Positions 12,323-23,890 of a stretch of 41,964 nucleotides of DNA are shown one piece after another; the first letter of the stretch is position 1, and every line of letters starts with the position of its first letter. Both the position numbers and the translations under genes were made by a program. The notes beneath the pieces were generated by a model. The model was not told the origin of the DNA. It worked only from the letters and a program-made list of their open reading frames with translations, and ran no database searches. Source of the stretch: Octopus sinensis (Eukaryota); NCBI RefSeq assembly GCF_006345805.1, contig NW_021835219.1, positions 1 through 41,964 of the forward strand. The letters run 5' to 3'.

Positions 12323-12520
12323 CACAGTCTGATCAGTAAGTATCTGGACTGTTGCCATAGTAACGAAGCTAAAGCACACCGAGTGAAGCTGCTTGGCACA
12401 CATTGACCTTGAACTCTGCTGCTTAGGTGCAATAAGTTTCAATGTTCTAGCTTACTTCTCCTGCTTACAGGAGTGCTTGAAAGGAAGGTGTGTAGCATGT
12501 GATTGTCACATTGACCAAGT
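12323..12520 (+). mobile_element. Mariner-type transposon left end inserted at TA, truncating the R4 copy
   Basis: R4 coding sequence stops at TA 12321-12322, followed by CACAGTCTGATCAGTAAGTATCTGGACTG, a mariner-like TIR; recognised by resemblance only. Confidence 0.55.
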
Positions 12521-12700
12521 GACTTTGCTCAAATCTTTGAACTGAGGAGAAGCAGGACTGCGCACCACGTCCTGCATTCTGATGCTTTGTTTTCCCAGGA
12601 CAAACAGGAAATGTTGCATCATTTCAGATTGTCTTTTAGTTTATCTTTGAAGCACAAGAATTGCCTTCCAACTGATTTTCCTGTTGGGAATTGGCCAAAT

Positions 12701-12731
<31 letters not shown>

Positions 12732-13511
12732 TGTGTGTGTGTTTGCATGTATAGAAGTATTCACACATAAAATAGTTGTGCACGTGTGTGACAGTATTAT
12801 CATCATTATTATTATTGTATATTTAATCATTATAAGTATCTGATTGGAAACTGATTATTAGATCCTCACAATCAAAAACTACAGCAGTAATGGTGCCTTA
12901 GTTTTAATGTTTTTTGTTGGAACAGTTAAATTCCATCGGTTTGTTTGCGTGATTTTTCTCTAGATTTTCAATAGTGAAGTTACACAGAAGACAAAATTGT
13001 ACACTATTCAAATTGAGATAAAAAACAAAATTAGTATCATGCAAAACGTGCTGTGAACACGAAGTGAACAGATTGCCATGAAACACTGGAAGAAAAAAAC
13101 GATAAAATGATAAAAGCAAATTGTGAAATCTTTTGCAAGCAAATATTTGACAAAAGAAAGAAAGAAAGAACTTCACATAGACATGTACATGCATATGCAT
13201 ACATATATGTATATATATATGTATATATATATATATATATATATAAGTAATTATTTACTAAGCCCTTTTATATATATATATATATATATAATAATATATA
13301 TATATATACACTTCTGTTCCTCTCACTATATACGTACAATCATAAGCGCATACATGCATATTATATCTATATATATGTGTGGTGTGTATATATGTATGTT
13401 ATATATAACGGGAAGCTTTATGAAAATAAACAAAAGAGACGAAGGCAGGTGGAAAACAAACGAACAATTGTATTAGTATGGCGCTCAGGAAATAAATATA
13501 AATAAAACAAG

Positions 13512-13549
13512 TCTTTAACGTTTCGAGCCTACGCTCTTCAACAGAAAGA
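13512..13549 (-). ncRNA. Minimal type I hammerhead ribozyme motif in the PLE pLTR (core CUGUUGA, A6U)
   Basis: UCUUU-CUGUUGA-A-GAGC(GUAG)GCUC-GAAA-C-GU-U-AAAGA: stem I 5 bp, stem II 4 bp, loopless palindromic stem III. Confidence 0.75.
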
Positions 13550-13735
13550 TACACAGAGAGAGAGAAAAACACAGAAAAGAGAGAGAACAAAAATGCGTGC
13601 AGTAGCTAACGAATCAACATGGCGATCTGATTTCGGCCAGAGGTCAAAGATCAAACATGAGACGCGAGAGCGAAATAAGGGGAGATAATAGGGTTGATAA
13701 ACGGGTTGAGGGACCAGCTAAAAGTGCGTGGGAGG

Positions 13736-14060
13736 GGTCTGGATGTGTGTATGTATAGGGTTGTGTGTATATTATTAGTATGTATAAGGGTGTGTGTGTG
13801 TGTGTATGAGAGAGTATTAGTGCGTAAGATTGGTCTGGACGTGCGTATGTATGGGGGGTTGGTGTATGTATTAGTATGTATTAGTATGTATTAGTACGTA
13901 TTGGTATGTATAGGTGTGTGTGTGTGGTGTGAGAGAGTATAAGTGCGTATGCGGGGTCTGGACGTGTGTATGTATAGGGTTGGTGTAAGTATTAGTATGT
14001 ACTAGTATGTATTAGTACGTATTAGTATGTATTAGTTGGTGTGTGTATTAGTATGGCACA
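13736..14060. repeat. Three imperfect 96-124-bp tandem units (GGTCTGGAYGTG...) with TATTAGTATG subrepeats, inside the PLE 3' region
   Basis: Units begin near 13736, 13832 and 13956. Confidence 0.7.
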
Positions 14061-14097
14061 TCATATGTGATGTGATGTGTAAAGTCATGTGGTGTAG

Positions 14098-14422
14098 TGA
14101 GGAGAAGGGGGGAGGGGGAGAGAGAGGGGGATAAGGGGGATAAGGGGGGGGGGAGAGAAGGGGAGGGGGAAGAAGAGGGGGAGGAGAAGGGGGGAGAGGA
14201 GAGGATGGGGGAGAGGAAGGGATGAGGGGGATGATGAGGAGGAAAGAGGGAGAGGGGGAGAGAGGGAGTGAGGGAGCAGAGGGAAGGGGAAGAGGGAGGG
14301 AGAAAGAGGGAAGAAGGGAAGGGGAAGTAGGGGTGAAAGGATGAAGGACAGAAGAAGTAGGGGTCGGGGGAGGGAGAAAGGATAGGTGAGGAGGGGGGTG
14401 AGGTTAGATGAGGAGGGGGGGA
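14098..14422. repeat. Polypurine (G/A) tract, PLE 3' UTR
   Basis: About 320 bp almost exclusively G/A on the plus strand. Confidence 0.9.
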
Positions 14423-17320
14423 GAGTTGAGACCAAATGGCGTATAAGAGCGAAGAGAGAAGATTAATTCCTGTTCACGGCGCAAACGGGAATCCGGATGG
14501 CCTCTGTGTAAGGACAAACCGAACACAGATAGGTGTTGCAAGGAGTGACCGGTGGAGCGGAAATGGCGTGAGACCGGTGTGTCGTTCGCAAGGTGGATGT
14601 CACGAAGGTGTTCCGCGAACCGGTCAGCCAAGCGGCGTCCCGTTTGTCCGATGTACAAGGAATTGCAGAGAGAGCAAGAGATGCAATAGATAATATTGCT
14701 GGAGGTGCAGGTGAAGGAGTGGATGATGGGATAGGGTCGATGGTGGGTGCTAGTGAGGCGGGTGGTGTTGGAGAGGTAAGGGCAAGTGCGGCAACGTGGG
14801 CGGGAGCAGGGGAACGAGCCGGGTTGGGAGGTAGGGTCAGGGAAGGAGCTATGGACCAAAAGGTCTCGAAGGTTGTGGGCTCGTTTGAAAGAGGGGAGGG
14901 GTCGGTTAGGGAAGAGGTGTGAAGTGGACGGGTCGGACTGGAGATGACGGAAAGCTCGAAGAATGGTGCGTTGGAGACGTAGGGTCGTGGGGTGGTAAGT
15001 GAGGGGAAAAGGGAGGCGGGAGACTACAGGGCGGGTTCGGGGAGAGAGAGCAGATACACGGTCCACGGACCGTGCTCTGGCAAGGGCGGTGTGGATAGTG
15101 GTGAGGGGGTATCCACGTAGGGTGAAGTGGTGAGCCATACGTTGAGACTGAGTCTCAAAGTCATGGTCGTCACTACAGAGCCTACGTAGACGGAGGAATT
15201 GGGAATAGGGGATGGAAAGCTTGGTGTGTTCTGGGTGGGAGGAGAGAAGTGAGGGTATGAGTGTGAGTCTGTGTGTTTGTAGTGAATGGAGGTGGTAAGA
15301 GTGGAGTGAAGAATGCTAACCGAAATGTCGAGGAAGGAGACAGAGGTGTTGGAGATAGTGGAAGTGAAGTGGAGGGCTGGATGGAAAGATTGGACGAAAG
15401 AGAGGAAGGAATCTAGATGTTCGCGGGAGAGAGTGTGGCACCGATAATGTCGTCAATATAACGACCATATAGTTCAGGAGTGGGACCAGTGAAATTAGAG
15501 AATATTTGGGCCTCAACATAGCCAACGAACAGGTTCGCATAGTTGGGGCCCATTCGCGTTCCCATGGCCACTCCCGAGACCTGATGGTAGAACTCGCCCG
15601 CGAACGAGAAGCAGTTCAGAGTAAGGACAAGTTCGGCCAGACGAATGAGTGTGGAGGTGTCAGGTACAGGGTTAGAGCGGAGGTCAAGAAAGTTTCGAAG
15701 GGCCTGCAGTCCTTCGTGGTGAGGGATAACAGTATAGAGGCTTTGGATGTCCACAGTAAAAAGGATTTTGGAGGAGCCGGGAGGAAAGGAGAAAGAGTTG
15801 AAAAGCCGGAGAGCATGGTTGGTATCGTGGATGTGGGAGGGAAGAGATGCCACTAGGGGGGCAAGGACACGGTCGAGGTATTTAGAGATGAGCTCCGTGG
15901 GGCAGTTACAGGCGGAGACGATGGGGCGGCCAGGGTTGTTGGGTTTGTGGATTTTGGGGAGGAAGTAAATGGTGGGGTACGTGGGGTTCGCACAATTAGG
16001 TTGGATGCGGTGCGGGGGAGACGGGAGGACGAGATGAGGTCTTGGACAGTAGAGGATACCGTCTGTTGGTAGCTACGTGTGGGGTTAGAGGGCAGAGGGG
16101 AATAGAAGGAGGTGTCATTGAGTTGGCGGAAAGCCTCGGCCCTATAGAGGTCCGCGCGCCACACCACTACAGCTCCACCCTTGTCAGCCGGTTTGATGAT
16201 AATGTCAGCGCGCCGTTGGAGGGAACGAAGAGCCAAGAGCTCAGCCGGGGAGATGTTGAGGCGGCGTTGGCGCCTGGAGAAGTTGAACCGCTCCAATGCA
16301 CGCTGACAAGCGCCCGCGAAAAGATCCACTGCTAGGATCTGGCCAGGGGCAGGCGTCCACGGGGATGGTCGGCGGCCCAGGCCAGTGAAGCAGTCGTCCT
16401 TTCGTTGGGTGTGGGTGGCGAGTCGTGGTAATGCGCACCCAACCGGACACGGCGCACAAAGCTGTGGACATCAACTCGCGTCTGGAATTCCTTACAGGAT
16501 GGAGTGAGGGGGATGAAACGCAGACCCCTACCAAGGACGGAGCGTTCAGCCGCAGAGAGGGGAAGATCGGGGGAATGGTAACAACAGACGGAAGTGGAGA
16601 AGGGGTGGATGGAATAGAAGTAGGAGGGGTGGTTAGGTCTCGTGGAGGTCTGAGGGGGAGGGATGGGAGAGGTGTGTGGGGGGGGGGTGGTTGGGCGGGG
16701 CAGTAGGGTTAGGTGTAGGTGGATGGAGCCTAACGGGAGGGGAGAAGGGGTTGTAGGGAGGGGCAGTGGGGTTAGGTGTGGGTGGATGGAGCCTATCGGG
16801 AGGGGAGAAGGGTGGTGGAGGAGTTGGGGTAGTGGCGTCGGGTAGGGTGGAATGGAATGGAAGAGTGATTGGAGTTTACGAAGTTTGGTATCAGAAAGAA
16901 ATTGATGGAAGAGTGATTCAAATGGATAATGAAGCGTAGCGTGTTTGGAGCATAGAGAGGCGGCAGAGAGGAGAAGAAGTGGAGAAAGCAGGAGGAAGAA
17001 GGGCGGTTGATGGCATGTAGTTTGGAGAGATTGGAGCGAATGGTGGCCCGCATAAGGCGGTAAGATGTGGTGCGGAGTATGGGTAAGATGGAAGAATCCG
17101 AGTGGAGAGCAGGGTGGAGTGGAGGGCGGAAACCTTTAGGGATGAGTCGGTGATGTAGGCAGCGGCTTAGGAAAGAGACATGGCTAGAGAAGAAGCGGGT
17201 TTTTTTAAAAAGAAGTAGAGAGAGATTAACGGACGGCTGAAGGCAATATACAGGAAGCGAACGTAGATGATCCTTCAAACGGTGATGGAGAGTGAGGAGG
17301 TAGGACCTAGGATCCGGCAT
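14404..17320 (-). pseudogene. PLE polyprotein (about 970 codons, several frameshifts): N-terminal domain, RT, CxxC linker, GIY-YIG endonuclease
   Basis: ATG at 17320 (MPDPRSY); SFLSRCLHHRLIPKGF; IIIKPADKGGAVVVW; LFTVDIQSLYTVIP; GVAMGTRMGPNYANLF; YGRYIDDI; CSRPRCRTC; NIIYCISCSLCNSLYIGQTGRRLADRFAEH. Confidence 0.92.
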
Positions 17321-18076
17321 GATGGGATAGCGGAAAAGAAAAAAAAACGTTCGAAAAAACAAAAAAAACAAAAAAAACAAAAATTATCGTATGAAAAAAA
17401 TAAAAAAAAAAAGGAATAGCGAAAAAAAGGGGGGAAAAAACAAACGTTCAAAAAAACAAAAAAATAATAATCGTATGAAAAAACTAGATAAGTAAGCGAT
17501 AGGGGCAGAAAAGACGGGGCAAACGGAAAAGGGAAAGAAAGAAGGGAAGCAGAGAGAGGGGGAGGCAAAAAAAGGGGGGTGCAGGCAGAGGAAACGGAGT
17601 ATGGACATCCAGAGAGAGGAGAAAGAAGACGGAAAGGAGAACAAAAATTCAGGAAAATGTGGGAAGCATGAAATGAATGTATAAAAAAAAGTGGTAATAT
17701 AAGAGGAAATAAAAATACAACAAAGGGACAGTTTATGCGAACAAGTTCAAGGTTGGAAAGTTCAAGGTGAGAAATGTGTAGACGTCGTGGGATTTTTAAG
17801 GATTTCACATCAATGCAAAGTCACTTTGATCCGCGAAAGAGAGGTGCAGCAATGGTAAGTATCCAAGAGGTAAAGAAAATCCAAGGTAGAGGTAAGTGTT
17901 GATAGTGGTATTGGTAGAATATAGGATTGAAAGTGAGACCACGTGAGCGCGTAATTATAACGGGAAGCTTTATGAAAATAAACAAAAGACGAAGGCAGGT
18001 GGAAAACAAACGAACAATTGTATTAGTATGGCGCTCAGAAATATAAATAAAACAAGTCTTAACGTTTCGAGCCTAT

Positions 18077-18145
<69 letters not shown>

Positions 18146-18549
18146 ATATTTAGATCGTTCGATGTCACCTGATCGAGCCGGGTTGTAGTGGTGGTTTTTT
18201 TCCCCTACATCTTTTCTAGATTTATAGGAAATACTATATTGAAAAGGAAATGAATTTTCGTCTATACTTAATCCAAATAGGCTGTGATTTCGTTATTTTC
18301 TTTCTCTTTGCCATATACGGGTTGCAAATTCTGTTTGTTTGTGGAGACTTTTTTACTAGTAGGAGAAATGGTGACCTATTTGGCTGCCATTTCTAATATT
18401 TTCGGTATGTGGTTTTGAGCAACTTGTTGCAATTAGCCCTTTATTATAATTAATATAATCCTTACCAAATATGGTCTTTTCCATACCGATAAAACTACTA
18501 GGTGAATTTATTTATTTCATTAAATTAATTATATTTCACACCCTTTTTG

Positions 18550-18587
<38 letters not shown>

Positions 18588-18604
18588 AAATATATTCTAT
18601 ATAC

Positions 18605-18756
18605 TACCGGAGTAAAACACATAAATGTGAAACAAGGTGGAAAAAAGAGTACTCAAATACCAGTGGTAGAGTAATATGCTTTATTTAAAGCAGCAGAAAA
18701 TTCAACAAAACCTGTTACTCTGAGTTTCCCGTTGCCGTTCATCGGACAGTTTTTGC
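18605..18756 (-). mobile_element. Short HHR-bearing PLE-pLTR-like element within (TA)n
   Basis: Related copies at 20803-21004 and 22665-22740; contains an HHR fold at 18712-18749. Confidence 0.75.
18712..18749 (-). ncRNA. Type I hammerhead motif, core CCGAUGA (U4C)
   Basis: CUGU-CCGAUGA-ACG(GCAA)CGG-GAA-ACUC(A)GAGU-A-ACAG; GUA triplet; A.G mismatch at the base of stem II. Confidence 0.65.
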
Positions 18757-18772
18757 TATATATATATATATA

Positions 18773-19290
18773 TATGGAATAAGTCAAGGTAGAAAATGCA
18801 AAAGTAATTTTATAAGAAACATTTCAGTACCGGTTCCAGTCATTGAGACTTTTTTCAACTGTAAGCATGGAAACCAATTAAATTTTGGAAAAGTTAAAAG
18901 AAAAGTTTTTTTAAAAGAATATTTGCAAAGTATTCAAATACAAGGGGTATTTTCCTCGTTTCTCTCTTTCTCTGTCTCTCTTGTTTAGTCATGTGGGTTC
19001 GAGGTCGTTGTGAATTTTAGTCAGAGAAGAAGAAGAAGACAGAAATAATTTTTTTTATTCTCTGACGTGTAATCACAGGGATGTGAGTTCGATTTTCATG
19101 GCTGGCCGGTAACGTATTTTTCTGCAATGTATGGATAATTTATCCTGTTCACGCTATTTTATTAGCATTTTCACGCGTCTGAGAATAAGAAATTTATTTC
19201 TGTCTCTTATATATATATCTGAGGAAAAGCCATGCTTGAGATGTTATACAAGCATTCTTTATTCCATCTTATATTGACCGTCTAATACAG
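18773..19290 (-). mobile_element. Degraded PLE 3' fragment (pLTR plus possible endonuclease C-terminus)
   Basis: 18773-19000 is homologous to the arms of the 22852-23292 inverted repeat; the adjacent part weakly resembles a GIY-YIG C-terminus. Confidence 0.5.
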
Positions 19291-19318
19291 TCCATGGCTA
19301 CGCCCTTTTTGACTGTCA

Positions 19319-19546
19319 GTGGAAGCGCGTGGCTCAATGATTGGGGTGTTATACTCATGCTCAAAAGATTGTAGTTTCTATTCCCAGATCGGGAGACACG
19401 TTGTATTCTTGAGCAAAATACTACGTTTCACGTTGCTCCAGTCCGCTCAGCTGGTAAAAAATGTGTAATCCTGCGACGGATCGGAGTCCCGTCCAGGCTG
19501 GAAATTTATACTTCATGGAGCCATGGAAACCGGCCCTAATGAATCG
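19319..19546 (+). mobile_element. Degraded tRNA-derived SINE
   Basis: GTGGAAGCGCGTGG head; shares TTGCTCCAGTCCGCTCAGCTGG with the copy at 7655. Confidence 0.65.
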
Positions 19547-19768
19547 GCACGAGTCGAGGAGGAGGTTTTGTCCTTACTGTACCTTTTGACTTTTGTTGTT
19601 TGGTCATTTTTAATTTTCGATTTGCCCCCCCCCCCCCACAATACCCCGCACACAAACACACGCGCACAAACACACACACACGCACACACACACACACACA
19701 AGCTCAGACACACACACATACGCACGTACAAGCACACGCACAAGCACACACCCACACAGACAAATACA

Positions 19769-20022
19769 CATCATCATCATCATTGTTCGACTGTGGTCGA
19801 GACAATGGAATTTACCATGCTACGCCAGACTTCACGGTCCATCATGGCATTACGGAGGTCCTGTTGCTGGATGCCTGTATCCCTGGAGATTACATCAGGG
19901 TAGGAGAGTGTGCGCCCTCTGGTATTGCGAGTAGATGGCTTCCAGAGGAGAAGAGTAGAAATTACTTCTTTTTCAGCTCTACAACAATGTCCAGCAAACT
20001 GGACTCTCCTACCTTTCACAAG
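19769..20022 (-). mobile_element. RTE-type LINE 3' end with (TGA)n tail
   Basis: RRVQFAGHCCRAEKEVISTLLLWKPS...RGRTLSYPDVISRDTG...DREVWRSMV, then stop and (TGA)n. Confidence 0.8.
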
Positions 20023-20643
20023 ACAAATACACACAAACACACAGAAACGAACACACACAAACACACACAAGCATACACATACGAGCACACACACACACAT
20101 GTATGTATAACAACAAAAATAAGAATGGAGAAAAATCGCATCTATAATTGGTGACTGCACCATACTAAACCAGTGATCGATTCTGATGTACCAGCATAAA
20201 TGCATAAAATGACAGAACTCATCTGACTTTGAATAACTAATTTCGGATTGCCTTGATAACATCGTGTTAACGTATTAATTTGACTGATATTTTAGACCTT
20301 CTCCTATATCTAAATATGCGAGCGCAAGAGAAACAATCACCGGTAATGTATGGTATCATCACAAATAAAAGATGGGATTTTCTCCATTCTTATTCTTGTT
20401 GTCTAATTGTCCGAAATTCTTGAAATTCTTTTAAATGATATTCGGATTTACTTGTCATACATGGAGAATTACTGTGGATGTTTATTCGACTTAACGCTTA
20501 TTGCTATCTGGCTGTTGGATATAATTCGTTTAACAGTGAGCGCTTTATAGATATCTGGCTGGATTTATTAATCCCTTTTACTTCTTGCATATGTCTATAT
20601 ATCAGAGTGTGTGTATATGTGTGTATATCTATCCACCCATCCC

Positions 20644-20723
<80 letters not shown>

Positions 20724-20802
20724 CCTATCTATCTATCTATCTATCTACACACACACACATATATATATATATATGTATCTATATATATATATATATATAT
20801 AA

Positions 20803-21004
20803 TACCGGAGTAAACACATAAATGTGAAACAAGGTGGAAAAAAGAGTACTCAAATACCAGTGGTAGAGTAATATGCTTTATTTTAAGCAGCAGAAAATTC
20901 AACAAAATCTGTTACTCTGAGTTTCTCGTTGCCGTTCATCATGAACGGCAACGAGAAACTCAGAGTAACAGATTTTGCTGAAGTTTCTGCTGCTTAAAAT
21001 AAAG
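20803..21004. mobile_element. HHR-bearing pLTR-like element with fold-back (arms 20876-20939 / 20941-21004)
   Basis: 64-bp arms, 62/64 identical, 1-nt spacer; same family as 18605. Confidence 0.85.
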
Positions 21005-21027
21005 TATATATATATATATTATATATA

Positions 21028-21096
<69 letters not shown>

Positions 21097-21331
21097 TGTA
21101 TGTATGTATGTATGCCTGTATTATATAGAAAGATAGATAGATAGAGAGAGAGATTTGCTGAGACTAACAGGAAAATAAAACTCAAAACATGAGTATATGT
21201 ATTTTTTATTAGTATCAATCAGAGGTTATACAAGGACCTAGAGTTCCGTGTATTGATACTTATCAACCAATGAGTGCCAGTGAACAAAACTCTCGGCCCT
21301 TGACCTGGAATTTCTAACTTGTGCCAATTAG

Positions 21332-21334
<3 letters not shown>

Positions 21335-21385
<51 letters not shown>

Positions 21386-21405
21386 TAATAATGATAATAA
21401 TAATA

Positions 21406-21482
<77 letters not shown>

Positions 21483-21490
21483 TAATAATG

Positions 21491-21566
<76 letters not shown>

Positions 21567-21572
21567 TAGTAA
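21335..21572. repeat. (AAT)n microsatellite
   Basis: Direct reading. Confidence 0.95.
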
Positions 21573-21647
21573 TTCTCTAGAACAACACTATGTACAAAAC
21601 CAAATATATGGCACCCTAGGCATAATACCAACATGAACTCATTTGAA

Positions 21648-21724
21648 CTCAGAACGTAAAGACGCATGAAACACCGCTCAGCATTTTGCCAGGCGTGCTA
21701 ACGATTCTGCCAGCTCACCGTCTT
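21648..21724 (-). mobile_element. SINE tRNA-like head fragment
   Basis: GGTGAGCTGGCAGAATCGTTAGC...GAGTTCAAAT. Confidence 0.7.
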
Positions 21725-21725
21725 A

Positions 21726-21778
<53 letters not shown>

Positions 21779-22120
21779 AAATGCCCTGATGCAGTACCAG
21801 GCAGTGGCTCTTATGGCTTCTGATCTTAACTGATTGAAGGTGTTACTTTATACATGCTTTGTCTTGTGCTCAATACCACAAATTTGCTTGTCAGTTGTTT
21901 GACCATAACCAGTTGAGCATGTCCTTTAGTGGCTGACGATATGTGCTTGGGGGTTTGAATAATTCACCTCAGGAAACATGGGTGTTTCGTTCAAAATCTT
22001 AAACAACTTTTATTCAGGGAACATTTGAGCGGGATAGGTTACTCGATCTGAAGAAAATTCTACCTGGGCTGCACCTGCAAGGTCATGCACAGTGTATCTT
22101 GATATCTGATCACTATGATA
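21779..22120. repeat. Unclassified interspersed repeat adjacent to (GAT)n
   Basis: Recognised by resemblance to a high-copy cephalopod repeat; no second copy in the window. Confidence 0.35.
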
Positions 22121-22664
22121 ACAATAATAATATAAATATATACACAAATACACATATACATATATGTACGAATACATGCACGCGCACAAAACCTCTTAGT
22201 GTATACATATACAGAACAGTTATTTCTCTCGTCTGTAATATTTGTGTATATATTTACGTCTTACATATGCATGTCTAAATATGTATATAACTATGTACAT
22301 GCATCTGTGTATTTTGGTGTATATATATGTATATTATAAATGGTCTAGTATGCGTATATACTGCTGAAAAAATATTTGTGTAATACAGCGTGAAAATTTC
22401 TAATTTTAATTTTAACGTATTAATTGACTTATATTTCGTATATGATTATTTACCATATATTATATTTCGTATATGATAATCTGTCCTTCGATTTGAGGTT
22501 TTCTTCGATTTTAGAATAGGATGAATTTATACTGAATTTATTTTGTTTATTGCATGCTTAAGACTTTTAGTTGAAAGGACCAATGAAACAAAGCCAATTT
22601 CAAAGGTGTATTCTTTTAAACTTTTTTTTTTTTGTTCTTGTCGTCATTTCTGTTCCATTCTAAC

Positions 22665-22740
22665 AAAACTGATCGACGAACGGGAACGTGAAACTCTGAG
22701 TAACAGTTTTTGTGATATTTCTGCTGCTTTTAAATAAAGT
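22665..22740 (+). mobile_element. Fragment of the 18605 family with a degenerate HHR (22665-22710)
   Basis: AAAACUGA-UCGACGA-ACG(GGAA)CGU-GAA-ACUC(U)GAGU-A-ACAGUUUU. Confidence 0.65.
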
Positions 22741-22851
22741 ATATATATATATGTATATATATTATATTATATATGTGTGTGTGTGTGTGTGTGTATGTAT
22801 ATGTAGAAGGTTGAATTGAAAGGGAACACACGAGTTGATATATATGGAAAG

Positions 22852-23292
22852 AAAAGTCAAGGTAGAAAATGCTAAAATAATTATATAAAAAACATTTCAG
22901 CACCGATTTCAGTCACTGAGACTTTTTCAACTGTAAGTATGGAAAACAATTAAATTTTGGGGAAAATTAAAAGAAAAGTTTTTTAAACGAATATTTGCAT
23001 AGTATTCAAATACAAGGGGCATTTTCCTTGTTTCTGCCTGTCTCTGTCTCTCTTGTTTACTCTTCGACCTCGAACTCACAAGAGTAAACAAGAGAGACAG
23101 AGACAGGCAGAAACAAGGAAAATGCCCTTTGTATTTGAATACTATGCAAATATTCTTTTAAAAAACTTTTCTTTTAATTTTTCCAAAATTTAATTGTTTT
23201 TTATACTTAAAGTTGAAAAAGTCTCAATAACTGAAACCGGTACTGAAATATTTTTTTATAAAATTATTTTAGCATTTTCTACCTTGACTTTT
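22852..23292. repeat. Long inverted repeat, 213-bp arms, 15-nt spacer; PLE-pLTR-like
   Basis: Arms 22852-23064 / 23080-23292, about 94% identical by manual count; homologous to 18773-19000. Confidence 0.9.
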
Positions 23293-23294
23293 TT

Positions 23295-23368
<74 letters not shown>

Positions 23369-23402
23369 GAAATAAAAGAATAAAAGAATATATATATGTA
23401 TG

Positions 23403-23436
<34 letters not shown>

Positions 23437-23438
23437 TG

Positions 23439-23474
<36 letters not shown>

Positions 23475-23574
23475 TGTATGTGTATATGTATGTACATATG
23501 TGTATGTATGTATCTATTTATCTATCTACTTGTCTGATTGTCTGTATGTGTGTGTGTGTGTGTGTGAGGTGGGT

Positions 23575-23890
23575 ATGCGGGTGATTGGAAAACAGCTCAC
23601 GGGGTGACAACCATGCTCAGCATAGTTATGGGTCCCTTTGGCAAGGCATACCATCGTTTCAGCTACCCAGCCAGGGATACGGCGAAACCATGGGACTGCA
23701 GCATGGCGGATTGTGAAGAGGTAGCGAAAGAGTTCAACTGATCCAACGGAGCTTGTTGGTGCTGATCGGAGGGATCCTAGAAGATCAAAGGTCAGGATCA
23801 CCAAGCTCTGTCAAGAGAGTAGCTGCAACACATCCATAGGGGATGGTGTCCATGGTTTTGTTATCAGCTAATGAAAGATTCACTATGACT
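23575..23890 (+). mobile_element. Probable LINE 5'-region fragment
   Basis: Non-coding, GC-richer block recognised by resemblance only. Confidence 0.3.

Larger units (their letters stand above)
13404..18075 (-). mobile_element. Near-full-length Penelope-like element (Neptune-type) with direct pseudo-LTRs
   Basis: Direct repeats 13404-13531 and 17956-18075 flank one RT-GIY-YIG coding region; both ends abut TA-rich microsatellite. Confidence 0.92.

Noticed and set aside
14436-16845. Plus-strand ORFs overlapping the PLE
   Set aside because: Antisense shadows of a GC-rich coding region; no motifs.
18820-18860. HHR in the 18773/22852 family (CTCAATGA...CTGAAA)
   Set aside because: Core and stems do not fit.
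21314-21667. Poly-Tyr/Ile/Leu ORFs (also 25520, 26835-27526, 34121 and others)
   Set aside because: Trinucleotide microsatellite translations.
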